Positions 9,958 to 20,426 of a stretch of 64,000 nt of DNA are shown here, one piece after another (within the stretch, counting starts at the first letter, position 1; each line of letters opens with the position of its first letter). Both the position numbers and the translations under genes were made by a program. The notes beneath the pieces were generated by a model. It did no database searches, had not been told where the DNA came from, and was given only the letters and a program-made list of their open reading frames with translations. Source of the DNA: Desulfomonilia bacterium (GTDB lineage: Bacteria; Desulfobacterota; Desulfomonilia; UBA1062); contig CAXXDQ010000007.1 in assembly GCA_963664325.2 (NCBI GenBank), positions 973,749-1,037,748 on the forward strand, in the 5' to 3' direction.

Positions 9958-11406
9958 ATGAAAATTGGATTGCGCGAAAGACTTGCAATGACCTTTGTGG
10001 TCTATCTGGTAGTAATATTGGGTTTATGTCTATTGCTACTCTATGTCTCCTCAAGCCTTGGGGGAATGACCGCCGAGGTATACAGCCTGGACTACAAGAA
10101 AAAGGACACAAGCGAAACATTAATCCAGAACCTTATTAATATTGACGAAGCGTCACGAAAGTATATCCTGCTTCAAGATACCGCATATATGGACACCATC
10201 AGGGAAAGCGCCGCGGAGATATCCAAGGCCTTTGCATATTTGAAAAAAGGCAACGTCACCTATAACAAGAAGGAAGCCGAATTAATAAATCTCTCTGAAG
10301 CCAAATGGCATGATTTCATCAAGACTTACTATTTTGAGGCCCAGAACATCCCTGCAGAATCCAAGGCATTAGAAACCATGTTTGAAAAAAACGGCAAGTC
10401 CATTGACGAGCTTGTTGAGAATGCAAAGATCCTCAGACAGAATTCGATAAATTCAATTGACGAAAAGATTTTTAAGCTTAAAGCCCTTGGAGAACAGGTG
10501 GTATCGATAACATGGTGGTCATTCATCATCGCCCTTGCTGTTGGACTGTTTATTCCCCTGATAATCTATATCGGCATATCAAAAGACATAGGCCTCATAA
10601 ACACAGGGACAAGGCACATATCCCAGGGTGATTTCTCCTACAGGATACCAATTGATTCTAAAGATGAACTCGGTAACCTTGCAGGATCTTTCAACAGGAT
10701 GGCCATGCGCCTGAAAGAACTCGACGACATGAAATCCGAATTTATTTCAGTAGTCTCGCACGAACTGAAAACACCGCTTACATCGATGAAGGAAGCAGCC
10801 AACCTCCTCATGGACGGCATCGGAGGAGAACTCGACGGAAAACAGAAAAGGCTCATCTCCATAATGGACCAGGGCATAAACAGGCTTCTTCAGATAATAA
10901 ATGAACTGCTTGACATGTCCCGGCTTGAAGCAGGCCTGCTAAGGCTTGACCTGGTTCAGAATGACCTGAGGGTTATCATAGCCGAATTCGTCACGGAGAT
11001 CATGCCGTACTCGCAGAACAAAGGCATCAATCTGATATTCAAGAATCCCGATTCACCATGCATGGCGAGTGTTGACAAAAACAAGATTTTGCAGGTGTTG
11101 ACAAATCTGACTCATAATGCAATCAAATATTCGGAAGAAGGCGGAGAGGTTGAAATAAGACTAAGCCGTCAGGGAAACGATTTTATCATTGAAGTCCAGG
11201 ATCATGGAAAGGGTATTCCCGAGGAAGACATACCTCTCATTTTTGAAAAGTTTTATCAATCCAGGGCCACCAGAGGTCACAGTGGAATAGGTCTTGGGCT
11301 TGCAATCGCCAAACATATTGTGGAGGCCCACGGAGGAAAGATACATGCGCAGAGCAGGGTTGGAAAAGGCAGCGTGTTTTATTTCAGCATTCCTGTTGGT
11401 GCTTGA
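9958..11406 (+). CDS. HAMP-domain sensor histidine kinase (GlrK/QseE-like)
   Basis: Two TM segments, HAMP (DELGNLAGSFNRM), H-box SHELKTPL, N box NAIKY, G boxes DHGKGI and GIGLGL. Confidence 0.93.
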   Translation: MKIGLRERLAMTFVVYLVVILGLCLLLLYVSSSLGGMTAEVYSLDYKKKDTSETLIQNLINIDEASRKYILLQDTAYMDTIRESAAEISKAFAYLKKGNVTYNKKEAELINLSEAKWHDFIKTYYFEAQNIPAESKALETMFEKNGKSIDELVENAKILRQNSINSIDEKIFKLKALGEQVVSITWWSFIIALAVGLFIPLIIYIGISKDIGLINTGTRHISQGDFSYRIPIDSKDELGNLAGSFNRMAMRLKELDDMKSEFISVVSHELKTPLTSMKEAANLLMDGIGGELDGKQKRLISIMDQGINRLLQIINELLDMSRLEAGLLRLDLVQNDLRVIIAEFVTEIMPYSQNKGINLIFKNPDSPCMASVDKNKILQVLTNLTHNAIKYSEEGGEVEIRLSRQGNDFIIEVQDHGKGIPEEDIPLIFEKFYQSRATRGHSGIGLGLAIAKHIVEAHGGKIHAQSRVGKGSVFYFSIPVGA

Positions 11407-11920
11407 AATAACAATCGCCGGTTGTGCTCCGTGGATACCCCCGGAGATAATGTCAGCCGAAGACAGTGTCGCTGCGGGCAATGGGCTTAAATCGACGTCT
11501 TCCATGGATACACCGATCGATAATCCCGACATCGCAGCAAGGAAGAAAATACTCCTGATAGTCAACTCGATAATAACCGAGGAATACTCCACCGAAGAAA
11601 CAACGGAGACGCTTAGGGCCATCCAGAATAACCCTGAAGTCTCAAGAGATCTGAGGATAGAAGCCGGATACATAATTTCCATGGTTGAAAAAATCAGTAG
11701 CAGAAACAAAGATATCGACCGCCTTCAGAATAAAAACACAAAATGCATGAATGATAAATCGGATCTGGAGAAGTCCCTGAAAGAAGACGAGCTGTTATTG
11801 AAAGAAAAAGAAGAACTGATCACCGTACTTGTCGTAGAAAAGCAGGATCTGAAGTTCAAATTACAGAAGCTCGAAGAAATATACCAGAAGTCGGAGAAAA
11901 GAAGAGGCCTCAGAAAGTGA
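11345..11920 (+). CDS. Lipoprotein with C-terminal coiled coil (QseG/YfhG-like position)
   Basis: IAG-C lipobox, coiled coil ending KLEEI...EKRR; lies between the kinase and the sigma-54 regulator. Confidence 0.65.
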   Translation: MRRAGLEKAACFISAFLLVLEITIAGCAPWIPPEIMSAEDSVAAGNGLKSTSSMDTPIDNPDIAARKKILLIVNSIITEEYSTEETTETLRAIQNNPEVSRDLRIEAGYIISMVEKISSRNKDIDRLQNKNTKCMNDKSDLEKSLKEDELLLKEKEELITVLVVEKQDLKFKLQKLEEIYQKSEKRRGLRK

Positions 11921-13272
11921 ACCCCGAAATTATCATTCTTGATGATGAGCCTAATATTGTAGAAGTCTTGATAACCCGCCTTGAAACCAAGGGCTACAAT
12001 GTAATCGGATTCACAAAACCGGACAAGGCGCTTGATGCAATAAGAAACGGCAATGCCTGCGTTCTGCTGACAGATATGAAAATGCCTGAAAAAGACGGGA
12101 TAGCCGTCCTCAACGAGGCCAAGGAACTGGACCCGGACATAGAGGTAATCATACTTACTGCTTATGGAACGGTTTCCAGTGCCGTTGAAGCAATGAAGCA
12201 GGGTGCATATGACTATATCCTCAAACCGTTCAACCCGGCGGAACTTATCGCCAAACTGAACAGGGCGCTTGATAAACGGGAACTCAAGCAAAGGGTGCGC
12301 GCCCTGGAGAAGAAAGTAGAATCATCAACCGATAATATGATATACGCCGTCAGCCGTGCGATGAACCATGTCATACAGCTTGCAAAACAGGTAAGCTCAA
12401 CAGATGCCACAGTGTTGATTACGGGTGAATCGGGAACCGGCAAAGAGCTTATCGCCCGGCTTATCCATCGTGAAAGCAACCGCTCAAATAAAAATTTCGT
12501 GATCATGGACTGCGGCGCGACACCTTCGGGACTTATCGAATCCGAGATGTTCGGTTATGTTAAAGGGGCTTTCACGGGAGCGATAAAAGACAAGACCGGG
12601 ATAATAGAAGAGGCTGATAAAGGCACCCTGTTCCTGGATGAGATAGGCAATATATCTTCCGAACTGCAGAATCGCCTGCTCAGGGTTATAGAGTCAGGCG
12701 AATTCCGCCGCGTTGGAGATGTCGCGCAAAAGCATTCTGATATCAGGGTCATTGCCGCCACGAATGCAGATCTTCTCTCCCTTGTTAAGAACGGCACTTT
12801 CAGAGAAGACCTCTATTACAGGCTCAGGGTAATAAATATCGACATTCCTCCGTTGAGAGAAAGGATTGAGGACATCCCTGGATTGGTCCAAATATTTGTC
12901 AATGAATTCTCCCAGAAAACCGGCAAGCACATCCTTGGCATATCAAAAGACGTCCTTGAAATCATGAGAAAACATACATGGCCGGGTAATGTCAGGGAAC
13001 TCAGAAATACGGTGCAATCGGCAGTGGTTCTGTGCAGCAGCGACATAATTACAAGAGATGACCTGCTCATTTCGGGAATCTGTGAACCGGAAGAAGTCTT
13101 TGATGAAAGTCTCAACAAACTCGAGGAAACGGAAAAGGATATGGTTATAGACGCCTTGAAAAAGTCCAAATGGGTTCAGAACGAGGCGGCCAAAACGCTG
13201 GGCATATCAAGGCGGGTAATGCATTATAAAATCAAGAAGTATAATATAAATATCAACGAAAAACCTGTCTGA
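11917..13272 (+). CDS. Sigma-54-dependent response regulator (NtrC family)
   Basis: Receiver LDDE/TDMKMP, GESGTGKE, GAFTGA, WPGNVREL, Fis-type HTH. Confidence 0.95.
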   Translation: MNPEIIILDDEPNIVEVLITRLETKGYNVIGFTKPDKALDAIRNGNACVLLTDMKMPEKDGIAVLNEAKELDPDIEVIILTAYGTVSSAVEAMKQGAYDYILKPFNPAELIAKLNRALDKRELKQRVRALEKKVESSTDNMIYAVSRAMNHVIQLAKQVSSTDATVLITGESGTGKELIARLIHRESNRSNKNFVIMDCGATPSGLIESEMFGYVKGAFTGAIKDKTGIIEEADKGTLFLDEIGNISSELQNRLLRVIESGEFRRVGDVAQKHSDIRVIAATNADLLSLVKNGTFREDLYYRLRVINIDIPPLRERIEDIPGLVQIFVNEFSQKTGKHILGISKDVLEIMRKHTWPGNVRELRNTVQSAVVLCSSDIITRDDLLISGICEPEEVFDESLNKLEETEKDMVIDALKKSKWVQNEAAKTLGISRRVMHYKIKKYNININEKPV

Positions 13273-13283
13273 AAGAAAGACTA

Positions 13284-15428
13284 TTACAGTTCCATTCCGG
13301 GCAGCCTCGTACCTAGAAAGCATCTGTCCGCGCCATATAAGCCGGAATAATCGTACTCATGGACTTTCATTTCATAACTGGAGAAAACAAGCCTTTTGCC
13401 CTTCGTATCGATATAAGGACCGAACAGCCTTCCGTTGCAGATGAATTCTTTCGAAAGGCAAGTCCCCGTCTTTGAATCATACACACTCATATATGAACGT
13501 CCTGTGTCAATTCCTCCGCAGGGGCTTCCCTCGGAAAAGTGGACAACATAAACATTGCCGTCCATTATCAGCATTTGTATGATTTGAGGGCTTTCAATCC
13601 TCTGCGACCATATAAGCCTTTGTAAATCGGTACAGAAAACCTGATCTTTTGTATAACCGCAGAGAAAAAGCCCCTTTCTGAATGTATATGCATGTATATC
13701 AATGATATCATCCATAATCCCGGTTACGATCGTTGTATTAAGAATAAGCCCTCTGTTTAATACAAATATTTTTCCCTCCGAGGACCCTGCATAAATAAAG
13801 GCTTCAGCAGGGTCAAGGTTGAGTGAAGTGATTTTTTCTGACAGCCCGATAGTGGAAATTTCTTTGCCTGAAGACAGTTCAATTGCTTTTATGATATTGC
13901 TTTTCACAAGGAAGGCCGTTGAATTTGATACATCAAACATATCTGCGTCCGATCCCCAGACGAGCTCCGGGGTATTTGTAAAGCAGAATATTCTCCCTTC
14001 GGAAGAAGGACCTGCAACAATATGACCGTTTATACTCTTTATTCTTCCGCCCGGACCCTTGATGGACCATTTCAGGTTCCCTGATGCCATGTCTACAAGG
14101 CTTACTGAATTGCCCGAAGTTGAGATGTAAAGGTTATCTCCTTCACTGTATACCGATTCTGCAGGTCCCGGATATGCAAACGCCTGGCATTGAGCCAATG
14201 CACCTTTTGAGTTCACCTTAAAATATTTTGCTCCCGCATTGTCGGTCCATGAAGGGCTGAACCGGCCGAACCTGTTTTCAATGAACATGGTTTTATCTTC
14301 TCTCATCACCGGCATGGTGCTGGAAAATGGTGTTTCCAGCAGCAGATCATCGGAGCCGGGCATTTGTTTGCCTTTTCCTTTAATGACAACTGATTTTAAA
14401 AAATCCGTTTTCGGACCCAGCACATGTACAGAAACGCCCTCCGACGCCGCATAAGAACTTACATCATCCAGACAGTGAGAGCCTGTTGAGGCGATATGCG
14501 TATCATTCAAATTTAAATCCCTGTCGTAGTCCTTTAACCATGACGGGACATTGCCGTCATCTTTTGCCAGCCCATCGGTTAAAAAAATGATGTGCTTCAT
14601 TGTTGCACACTCATCAGGATATTTATCTACAAGCTCATAAAGGGATTTTGCCAGGCTGGCCTTTTCCTCAACAAAATCGATATTGCCAAGCATTTCAATG
14701 AGCTTATTTCTTTTGGACCCATAGGGCATGATTATTCCCTTTGAGACAGATGCAAGTGCTGCTTCTGCAATACTTACAGAACCAGCAATTTCATGGACAG
14801 CCTGCATATAAAGTGTTGATGACGGCATTGCACCTGAATATCCGCTTAAATCGGAGGCCGGCGCTTTCATATGGGAATTTCCATATGAACCCTTGAAATA
14901 TGTACCTTCAGCGGCAGTCACATAATCCTCCTCCCCAATTGCAAAATCGGAAATAGATATTTCCCCTTTTACATTTTTCAGATAAACTGAATTATCATCA
15001 TAATCTCGATCACCTGCCTGTCTCAGGCTTTCCGAGTCCTGGATAAGAAATAAAATGTATGGCCTGTTGCTGGAAATTTTTATATCATTTTTCATATAGC
15101 AACTATTATTTGCTGTTTCAGAGCGCCAGTAGATTTCATTTTTTCCACCCGGACACTTCTTTTCTATAAGATCGGTCTGAAAAGCCATATGATCCCATTT
15201 TTCCGGCACCGGCAGCTTAAAATGACTGACTGTGCAATCATTGTTTCCAGTCCCGGTAGTTTTAAGAATGTGCTCGAATCCCCTGCCGGAAACCATCCTG
15301 AATCTTGTGACGGTAAACGCCGATATGGATATTGAAAAGATCAGCAGCAGGAAAACCAGGGTGTATACAAGAACCCAGCCTTTATTATCCGAGATTGTAG
15401 TTATAACTGATTTCTTTGGTTGTTCCAT
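13284..15428 (-). CDS. PilX/PilY1-like protein (pilin-like N-terminus, vWA-like segment, beta-propeller)
   Basis: KG-WVLVYTLVFLLL N-terminus, IIFLTDG vWA-like strand, C-terminal PQQ-type propeller repeats; downstream of a PilW-like gene. Confidence 0.55.
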   Translation of the reverse strand: MEQPKKSVITTISDNKGWVLVYTLVFLLLIFSISISAFTVTRFRMVSGRGFEHILKTTGTGNNDCTVSHFKLPVPEKWDHMAFQTDLIEKKCPGGKNEIYWRSETANNSCYMKNDIKISSNRPYILFLIQDSESLRQAGDRDYDDNSVYLKNVKGEISISDFAIGEEDYVTAAEGTYFKGSYGNSHMKAPASDLSGYSGAMPSSTLYMQAVHEIAGSVSIAEAALASVSKGIIMPYGSKRNKLIEMLGNIDFVEEKASLAKSLYELVDKYPDECATMKHIIFLTDGLAKDDGNVPSWLKDYDRDLNLNDTHIASTGSHCLDDVSSYAASEGVSVHVLGPKTDFLKSVVIKGKGKQMPGSDDLLLETPFSSTMPVMREDKTMFIENRFGRFSPSWTDNAGAKYFKVNSKGALAQCQAFAYPGPAESVYSEGDNLYISTSGNSVSLVDMASGNLKWSIKGPGGRIKSINGHIVAGPSSEGRIFCFTNTPELVWGSDADMFDVSNSTAFLVKSNIIKAIELSSGKEISTIGLSEKITSLNLDPAEAFIYAGSSEGKIFVLNRGLILNTTIVTGIMDDIIDIHAYTFRKGLFLCGYTKDQVFCTDLQRLIWSQRIESPQIIQMLIMDGNVYVVHFSEGSPCGGIDTGRSYMSVYDSKTGTCLSKEFICNGRLFGPYIDTKGKRLVFSSYEMKVHEYDYSGLYGADRCFLGTRLPGMEL

Positions 15429-16068
15429 TTCTACTCACCCTTAAGTTGATATTCAGTTCATTGCCTGACTTTACGGCAGAAAAACCTGTAATATTTTCTG
15501 CTACAAGCTGACCGTTCCTGTACAGACCGTCTTCCTTCATCTGATATACGATTGCCGGTACTGTCCTGTCTCCTTCTTTTGGAGCTCCTCCCTTCAGCGC
15601 TACCGGCATGTTGCCTTTCGAGTAATAATGCATGATTTCATATGCCCCGCTGTCGCTGATGATACCGTAATCAGCCCTGTAATCAGCCTTGCCGTCAGTA
15701 TCAATATCAAGAGTGTCCAGGACTATCGAATCACCATATTGAGAGGACACCACCGAAAAATATGGCGGCGTATATAAGGAATTAAAGGTAAGACCCCCGT
15801 TATCTGCAGTAACAGGAAACCCTGCTATAAACAATTTACCGTCACTGCATGATATTTTCAAATCCTGAGGGAGCAAATAGGCACATTCTACAATGTCCCT
15901 GTTAAGCATAAGCATTGCTGTTCTTAATGACTGCATGCACAACCAGTCGGACCTTTGCGAACTGGAAGCCCAACCGACAGCAATATATACGCTTGATACA
16001 GAAAGCATTATAAGCGAACCCAGAAGTAATCCGATCATAAACTCAATCAGGGTCATACCTTTGGACAT
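15385..16068 (-). CDS. Type IV minor pilin (PilW-like)
   Basis: Class III signal KG-MTLIEFMIGLLLG; LVAENITGF C-terminal motif. Confidence 0.8.
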   Translation of the reverse strand: MSKGMTLIEFMIGLLLGSLIMLSVSSVYIAVGWASSSQRSDWLCMQSLRTAMLMLNRDIVECAYLLPQDLKISCSDGKLFIAGFPVTADNGGLTFNSLYTPPYFSVVSSQYGDSIVLDTLDIDTDGKADYRADYGIISDSGAYEIMHYYSKGNMPVALKGGAPKEGDRTVPAIVYQMKEDGLYRNGQLVAENITGFSAVKSGNELNINLRVSRNGTTKEISYNYNLG

Positions 16069-16362
16069 TTTTCCCTCCCCAATAATATTGAATTCCAAAA
16101 AACCATAAAAACCGCTTTTAATTGCCTGCAGATTGCAGCGGCTTGCATTAATATTCTATATCATACCAGTATTATTTTATATTGTCAATTTGTTTTATGA
16201 CTAATATTACTATTATTCACTATGAAATTACTGCAGGGAAAATATCTGGCTGTTGCCCTTACAGGGAATTACACATCAATTAATATCTGGATCCTTACGG
16301 CTGCGATTGCTTTTAGGATTTGCTTATTGCTGTTTTATACAGTTCAGCGCGTTACCTGTTTT

Positions 16363-17655
16363 TCATATATCCCTGTTATCAATTACGCGTATTGCCTTGC
16401 CTGTATCATTATATGGCAGACTGTCTGGTTCACAGAGTTCAACCTCCGGGGTAAGAAGTATTTCATCGTGGAGCTCCCTCACAATCCGGTTTCTTAATGA
16501 TGCAAGCACTGTCGGATCCCCGACAAAAAATGCCGAATCAACTTCCACCTTAACTATCATGTGGTCGTTATGGCCCTTGCTGAGGAGGATGATCTGATAG
16601 TTCCGCCTTACTCCCTCTATACCGATAAGCACCTCTTCGATCTGCACCGGGAATATATTGACGCCTTTAAGAATAATCATGTCATCCGATCTTCCTGTAA
16701 TCCTTCTGATCCTGTGGTGAGTCCTGCCGCATTCGCATTGATCCTCAATAAGACTGGTAAGGTCCTTTGTGCGGTATCTCAAAATAGGCATCGCCTCTCG
16801 AGTAAGAGTCGTGAGTACAAGCTCTCCCGTCTCACCGGGTTTAACCGGTTCGAGCGTGATAGGATCCAGTATCTCGACAAGGAATGAATCCTCCCATATG
16901 TGCATACCGTTTTTAAAAGGACATTCGAAGGCGACCCCGGGGCCGCACATCTCCGAAAGGCCGTATGAATTGAAGCAGTCCATGCCGAAGAATTCTTCTA
17001 TTTTTTTTCGGGTTTCCTCGGAGTATGGCTCGGCGCCGACAAATGCATATTTCAGATCAGGAAATTCCTTTTTAGGATCGATTCCCATCCTTTCCAGGGT
17101 ATCGGCAAGGTGAAGTGCATAACTGGGAATAATATGGATTGCAGTCACATTGTAATCTTTCATGAATTTCAGCTGGCGCTTTGTATTTCCCGGACCAGAC
17201 GGTATTGTCAGGCAGCCTATTTTTTCCGCACCGTAGTGAAGACCAAGTCCTCCGGTAAAAAGACCGTAGCCTATCATGTTTTGAAAGACATCGCTCGCAC
17301 GGACACCTGCCATGTACATACAGCGTGCAACGAGCCCGGCCCATAAATCGATGTCGGATTTGCTGTGGTAGACGACTGTCGGGATGCCGGTAGTGCCCGA
17401 TGAAGAATGAAGTCTGATCACTTTTTCAATAGGCAACGAAAGCATCCTGTATGGATAGGAATCCCTCAAATCCTGTTTGATGGTAAAAGGCAGTCTGGAT
17501 ATATCTTCAAGGCTCTCAATTCTAATATCTGCCAGTCCCCGGTCCTTATAAAAAGGGGCATTCGTAGCTGCTTTAAGAGTTTTTTTAAGCCTTTTCAGCT
17601 GCAAACCGGCAAGGTCGGCTCTCGACATGGTTTCGCTTGTCTTGTCCCAGTACAC
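16363..17655 (-). CDS. paaK: Phenylacetate--CoA ligase family protein
   Basis: RLHSSSGTTG, YGLFTGGLGLHYG, SYGLSE, RYRTKD, GRSDDM; GTG start after AGGAG. Confidence 0.9.
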   Translation of the reverse strand: MYWDKTSETMSRADLAGLQLKRLKKTLKAATNAPFYKDRGLADIRIESLEDISRLPFTIKQDLRDSYPYRMLSLPIEKVIRLHSSSGTTGIPTVVYHSKSDIDLWAGLVARCMYMAGVRASDVFQNMIGYGLFTGGLGLHYGAEKIGCLTIPSGPGNTKRQLKFMKDYNVTAIHIIPSYALHLADTLERMGIDPKKEFPDLKYAFVGAEPYSEETRKKIEEFFGMDCFNSYGLSEMCGPGVAFECPFKNGMHIWEDSFLVEILDPITLEPVKPGETGELVLTTLTREAMPILRYRTKDLTSLIEDQCECGRTHHRIRRITGRSDDMIILKGVNIFPVQIEEVLIGIEGVRRNYQIILLSKGHNDHMIVKVEVDSAFFVGDPTVLASLRNRIVRELHDEILLTPEVELCEPDSLPYNDTGKAIRVIDNRDI

Positions 17656-17742
17656 TTTAAAACTCCTTGAAATATATTTGAAAAACCATGTAAAGGAATA
17701 CAGAAAAAAGATAGTCAAGTCAAACCTTGCGGGGAGAAATAT

Positions 17743-19062
17743 ATGAAAATCTGCATGATCGGATCAGGATATGTCGGCCTTGTAACTGGTGCCTGTCTTG
17801 CCGAAATGGGTAATGATATACTCTGTGTTGATGAAGACAAGACAAAGATAGATATGCTGGAAAAGGGTGATATACCGATTTATGAACCCGGCCTGAAAGA
17901 CATGGTTATAAGAAACAGGGATGAGGGCAGGCTGAAATTTACTCTCGACCTCGCTGAAGGAGTCAACGGCAGTCTTTTATGTTTTATCTGCGTAGGCACC
18001 CCCCAGGACAGGGACGGCTCCGCAGACCTGTCTTATGTGCTCCGTGTGGCCAAGCAGATAGGCGAAATCATGACAGAGTATAAGATAATCGTGGACAAAT
18101 CGACCGTGCCTGTAGGTACAGGTGACAAAGTCAGGGAGATCATCAGGGGCAGCCTTAATGAAAGAGGTTTGAACAATGTCGAGTTTGACGTAGTATCAAA
18201 CCCTGAGTTTCTTAAAGAAGGCAATGCCGTGCAGGATTTCATGAGGCCGGACCGTGTTGTAATCGGAACCGATAATGTCAGGACTGCGGCAATATTAAAA
18301 GAGCTTTACATCCCCTTTGTAAGAACGACAAACAATCCCATGCTCGTAATGGACATCAGGAGTGCGGAACTTTCTAAATACGCTGCAAATGCCTTCCTTG
18401 CCACAAAGGTCTCATTCATAAACGAGCTTTCCATGCTGTGCGACAAAATGGGAGCCGATATATCACACGTGAGGGACGGCATGGGTACCGATGACCGGAT
18501 AGGACCCCGCTTCCTGCTGGCAGGCCCGGGATTCGGCGGTTCCTGTTTCCCCAAGGACGTGCAGGCCCTTATTGCCACATCGCGCAGTTATGACCACGTT
18601 CTTGAAATCACTGAGGCGACATGGCGTGCAAACCAGCGCCAGATGAGATATTTTGCTGACAAGATACTTTCATACTATATCGATCCCGCTCATAAGACTC
18701 TGGCGGTCTGGGGACTCACTTTCAAGCCGAAGACCGATGATGTCCGGGAATCACCCGCCCTTTACATAATACAAATGCTTCTTGAAAAGGGCATGAAGGT
18801 CAGGGCATTCGACCCCAAAGGAATCGAGAATACGAAAAAGATGCTTGGCGATAAAATATTTTATGCAAAGGATGCTTATGATACGCTTGATGGGGCTGAC
18901 GGGCTGGCAATCATTACGGAGTGGAACATGTTCAAGAGCCCGGACTTTGACAGGATTAAAGAGACGCTCAAGACTCCTGTTATTTTTGACGGAAGAAACC
19001 TTTTTGACCCGGATGAGATCAGGGACAAGGGGTTTGAATATTTCGGGATAGGCAGGGGCTGA
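17743..19062 (+). CDS. ugd: UDP-glucose 6-dehydrogenase
   Basis: GSGYVG, KSTVPVG, NPEFLKEG, GFGGSCFPKD. Confidence 0.95.
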   Translation: MKICMIGSGYVGLVTGACLAEMGNDILCVDEDKTKIDMLEKGDIPIYEPGLKDMVIRNRDEGRLKFTLDLAEGVNGSLLCFICVGTPQDRDGSADLSYVLRVAKQIGEIMTEYKIIVDKSTVPVGTGDKVREIIRGSLNERGLNNVEFDVVSNPEFLKEGNAVQDFMRPDRVVIGTDNVRTAAILKELYIPFVRTTNNPMLVMDIRSAELSKYAANAFLATKVSFINELSMLCDKMGADISHVRDGMGTDDRIGPRFLLAGPGFGGSCFPKDVQALIATSRSYDHVLEITEATWRANQRQMRYFADKILSYYIDPAHKTLAVWGLTFKPKTDDVRESPALYIIQMLLEKGMKVRAFDPKGIENTKKMLGDKIFYAKDAYDTLDGADGLAIITEWNMFKSPDFDRIKETLKTPVIFDGRNLFDPDEIRDKGFEYFGIGRG

Positions 19063-19131
19063 TCGCAATTCCAAATCAAGCGCGCCCCTTGATTCGGGCC
19101 ATCCACGGCCGTCTTCTGCAGGCGCATACAG

Positions 19132-19473
19132 GATGTTCATGATCCCTTTGTCTCTGCGCCTCCGGCTTGAGGAGTTGAACAATGATGCTCAAGATCCCTT
19201 TGTCTCTGCGCCTCCGGCTTGAGGAGTTGAACAATGATGCTCAAGATCCCTTTGTCTCTGCGCCTCCGGCTTGAGGAGCTGAACAAAGATGCTCATGATC
19301 CCTTTGTCTCTGCGCCTCCGGCTTGAGGAGTTGAACAATGATGCTCATGATCCCTTTGTCTCTGCGCCTCCGGCTTGAGGAGCTGAACAAAGATGCTCAT
19401 GATCCATTTGTCTCTGCGCCTCCGGCTTGAGGAGTTGAACAATGATGCTCATGATCCCTTTGTCTCTGCGCCT
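19132..19473. repeat. 52-bp tandem repeat, 6 full copies plus partial copies at both ends
   Basis: Unit GATCCCTTTGTCTCTGCGCCTCCGGCTTGAGGAG(T/C)TGAACAA(T/A)GATGCTCA(A/T) starting at 19141, 19193, 19245, 19297, 19349, 19401 and 19453 (partial). Confidence 0.95.
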
Positions 19474-19586
19474 TTTCGGTATCAACCTGAATGCAAAACT
19501 GAACGGATATATTTTATGTGCCGAAAGTCAGGATAAATTGATGTCATCCCGGCTCCGGCCAGTTGAATTCCTATTCCTGTCTTCTG

Positions 19587-20327
19587 TTACTTATTATTCA
19601 CCGCCAGCCTGAGTGTTTTCTCAATATAATCAATATGCTCAATAGTAGCGAGTCTGGCGGCATCGGGATCCCGCTTTTCAATTGCATTCCATATCTTGCC
19701 CAGTTGTGTGAATATCTTGCGGGAACTTCCTCCAACGTTTGTAAGCTTCTTCCTGCTGTAAGGGAAAGCCCCTTTGAGTATTCCGGCAATCGTCTGCCTT
19801 ATATGCATAAATACTGTGTTTTTCGTAGATTCAGCCAGAAGGTCAAAAAATCTTGTATAAATCAGGCCTCCGTCCTTAGTTACAAGCAGGGTGTCGAGTC
19901 CGGCCTTTTCAGCCCTTTCGGACAGGCTTTTCATCTCTGCGATCTGTTCCGGTGTTGCATTTTTAGCGGCAAGATATGCGGCTTCAGCCTCAATAAACCT
20001 TCTGACATAAAGCAATTCCCAGATCTTTCCCTGGTCAATCAATATCAATTCTTCAATAGTCGATATCATGGAATCGGCAATAGACTTGACGAATTTGCCC
20101 CTCCTGTCGAGGGATTCGATATAACCTCTTGCCTCAAGAAGTTTCATGGCCTCACGAAGAGATATCCTGCTTATACCGAACATCTGCGTCATTTTATGCT
20201 CGCTTGGCAGTTTATCTCCAGGCTTCAGCTTTCCTTCCGAAATAAGGTCTATTATCTGCTTCGATACAAGGTTTGGAATATCAGGAGATTTTTCTATGCG
20301 GGAAAGACCAAACGGCTTTGTCTCCAT
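19587..20327 (-). CDS. GntR/FadR family transcriptional regulator
   Basis: LKPGDKLPSE...FGISRISLREA winged HTH, FCD C-terminal domain. Confidence 0.93.
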   Translation of the reverse strand: METKPFGLSRIEKSPDIPNLVSKQIIDLISEGKLKPGDKLPSEHKMTQMFGISRISLREAMKLLEARGYIESLDRRGKFVKSIADSMISTIEELILIDQGKIWELLYVRRFIEAEAAYLAAKNATPEQIAEMKSLSERAEKAGLDTLLVTKDGGLIYTRFFDLLAESTKNTVFMHIRQTIAGILKGAFPYSRKKLTNVGGSSRKIFTQLGKIWNAIEKRDPDAARLATIEHIDYIEKTLRLAVNNK

Positions 20328-20357
20328 TATTCACCTCATCTGTATTTTATTGTGTTG

Positions 20358-20376
20358 TTGTATGATAATCATACAA
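20358..20376. promoter_or_regulatory. Palindromic operator, probably for the adjacent GntR
   Basis: TTGTATGAT-A-ATCATACAA, 31 bp upstream of the GntR start. Confidence 0.6.
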
Positions 20377-20426
20377 TCATAAACAGCTCAAGCACTATCT
20401 TGCAAGCACTTGTTCGGGACTTGCCG

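Noticed and set aside
19132-19473. CRISPR array
   Set aside because: Units are contiguous and nearly identical, with no unique spacers and no cas genes in the window.
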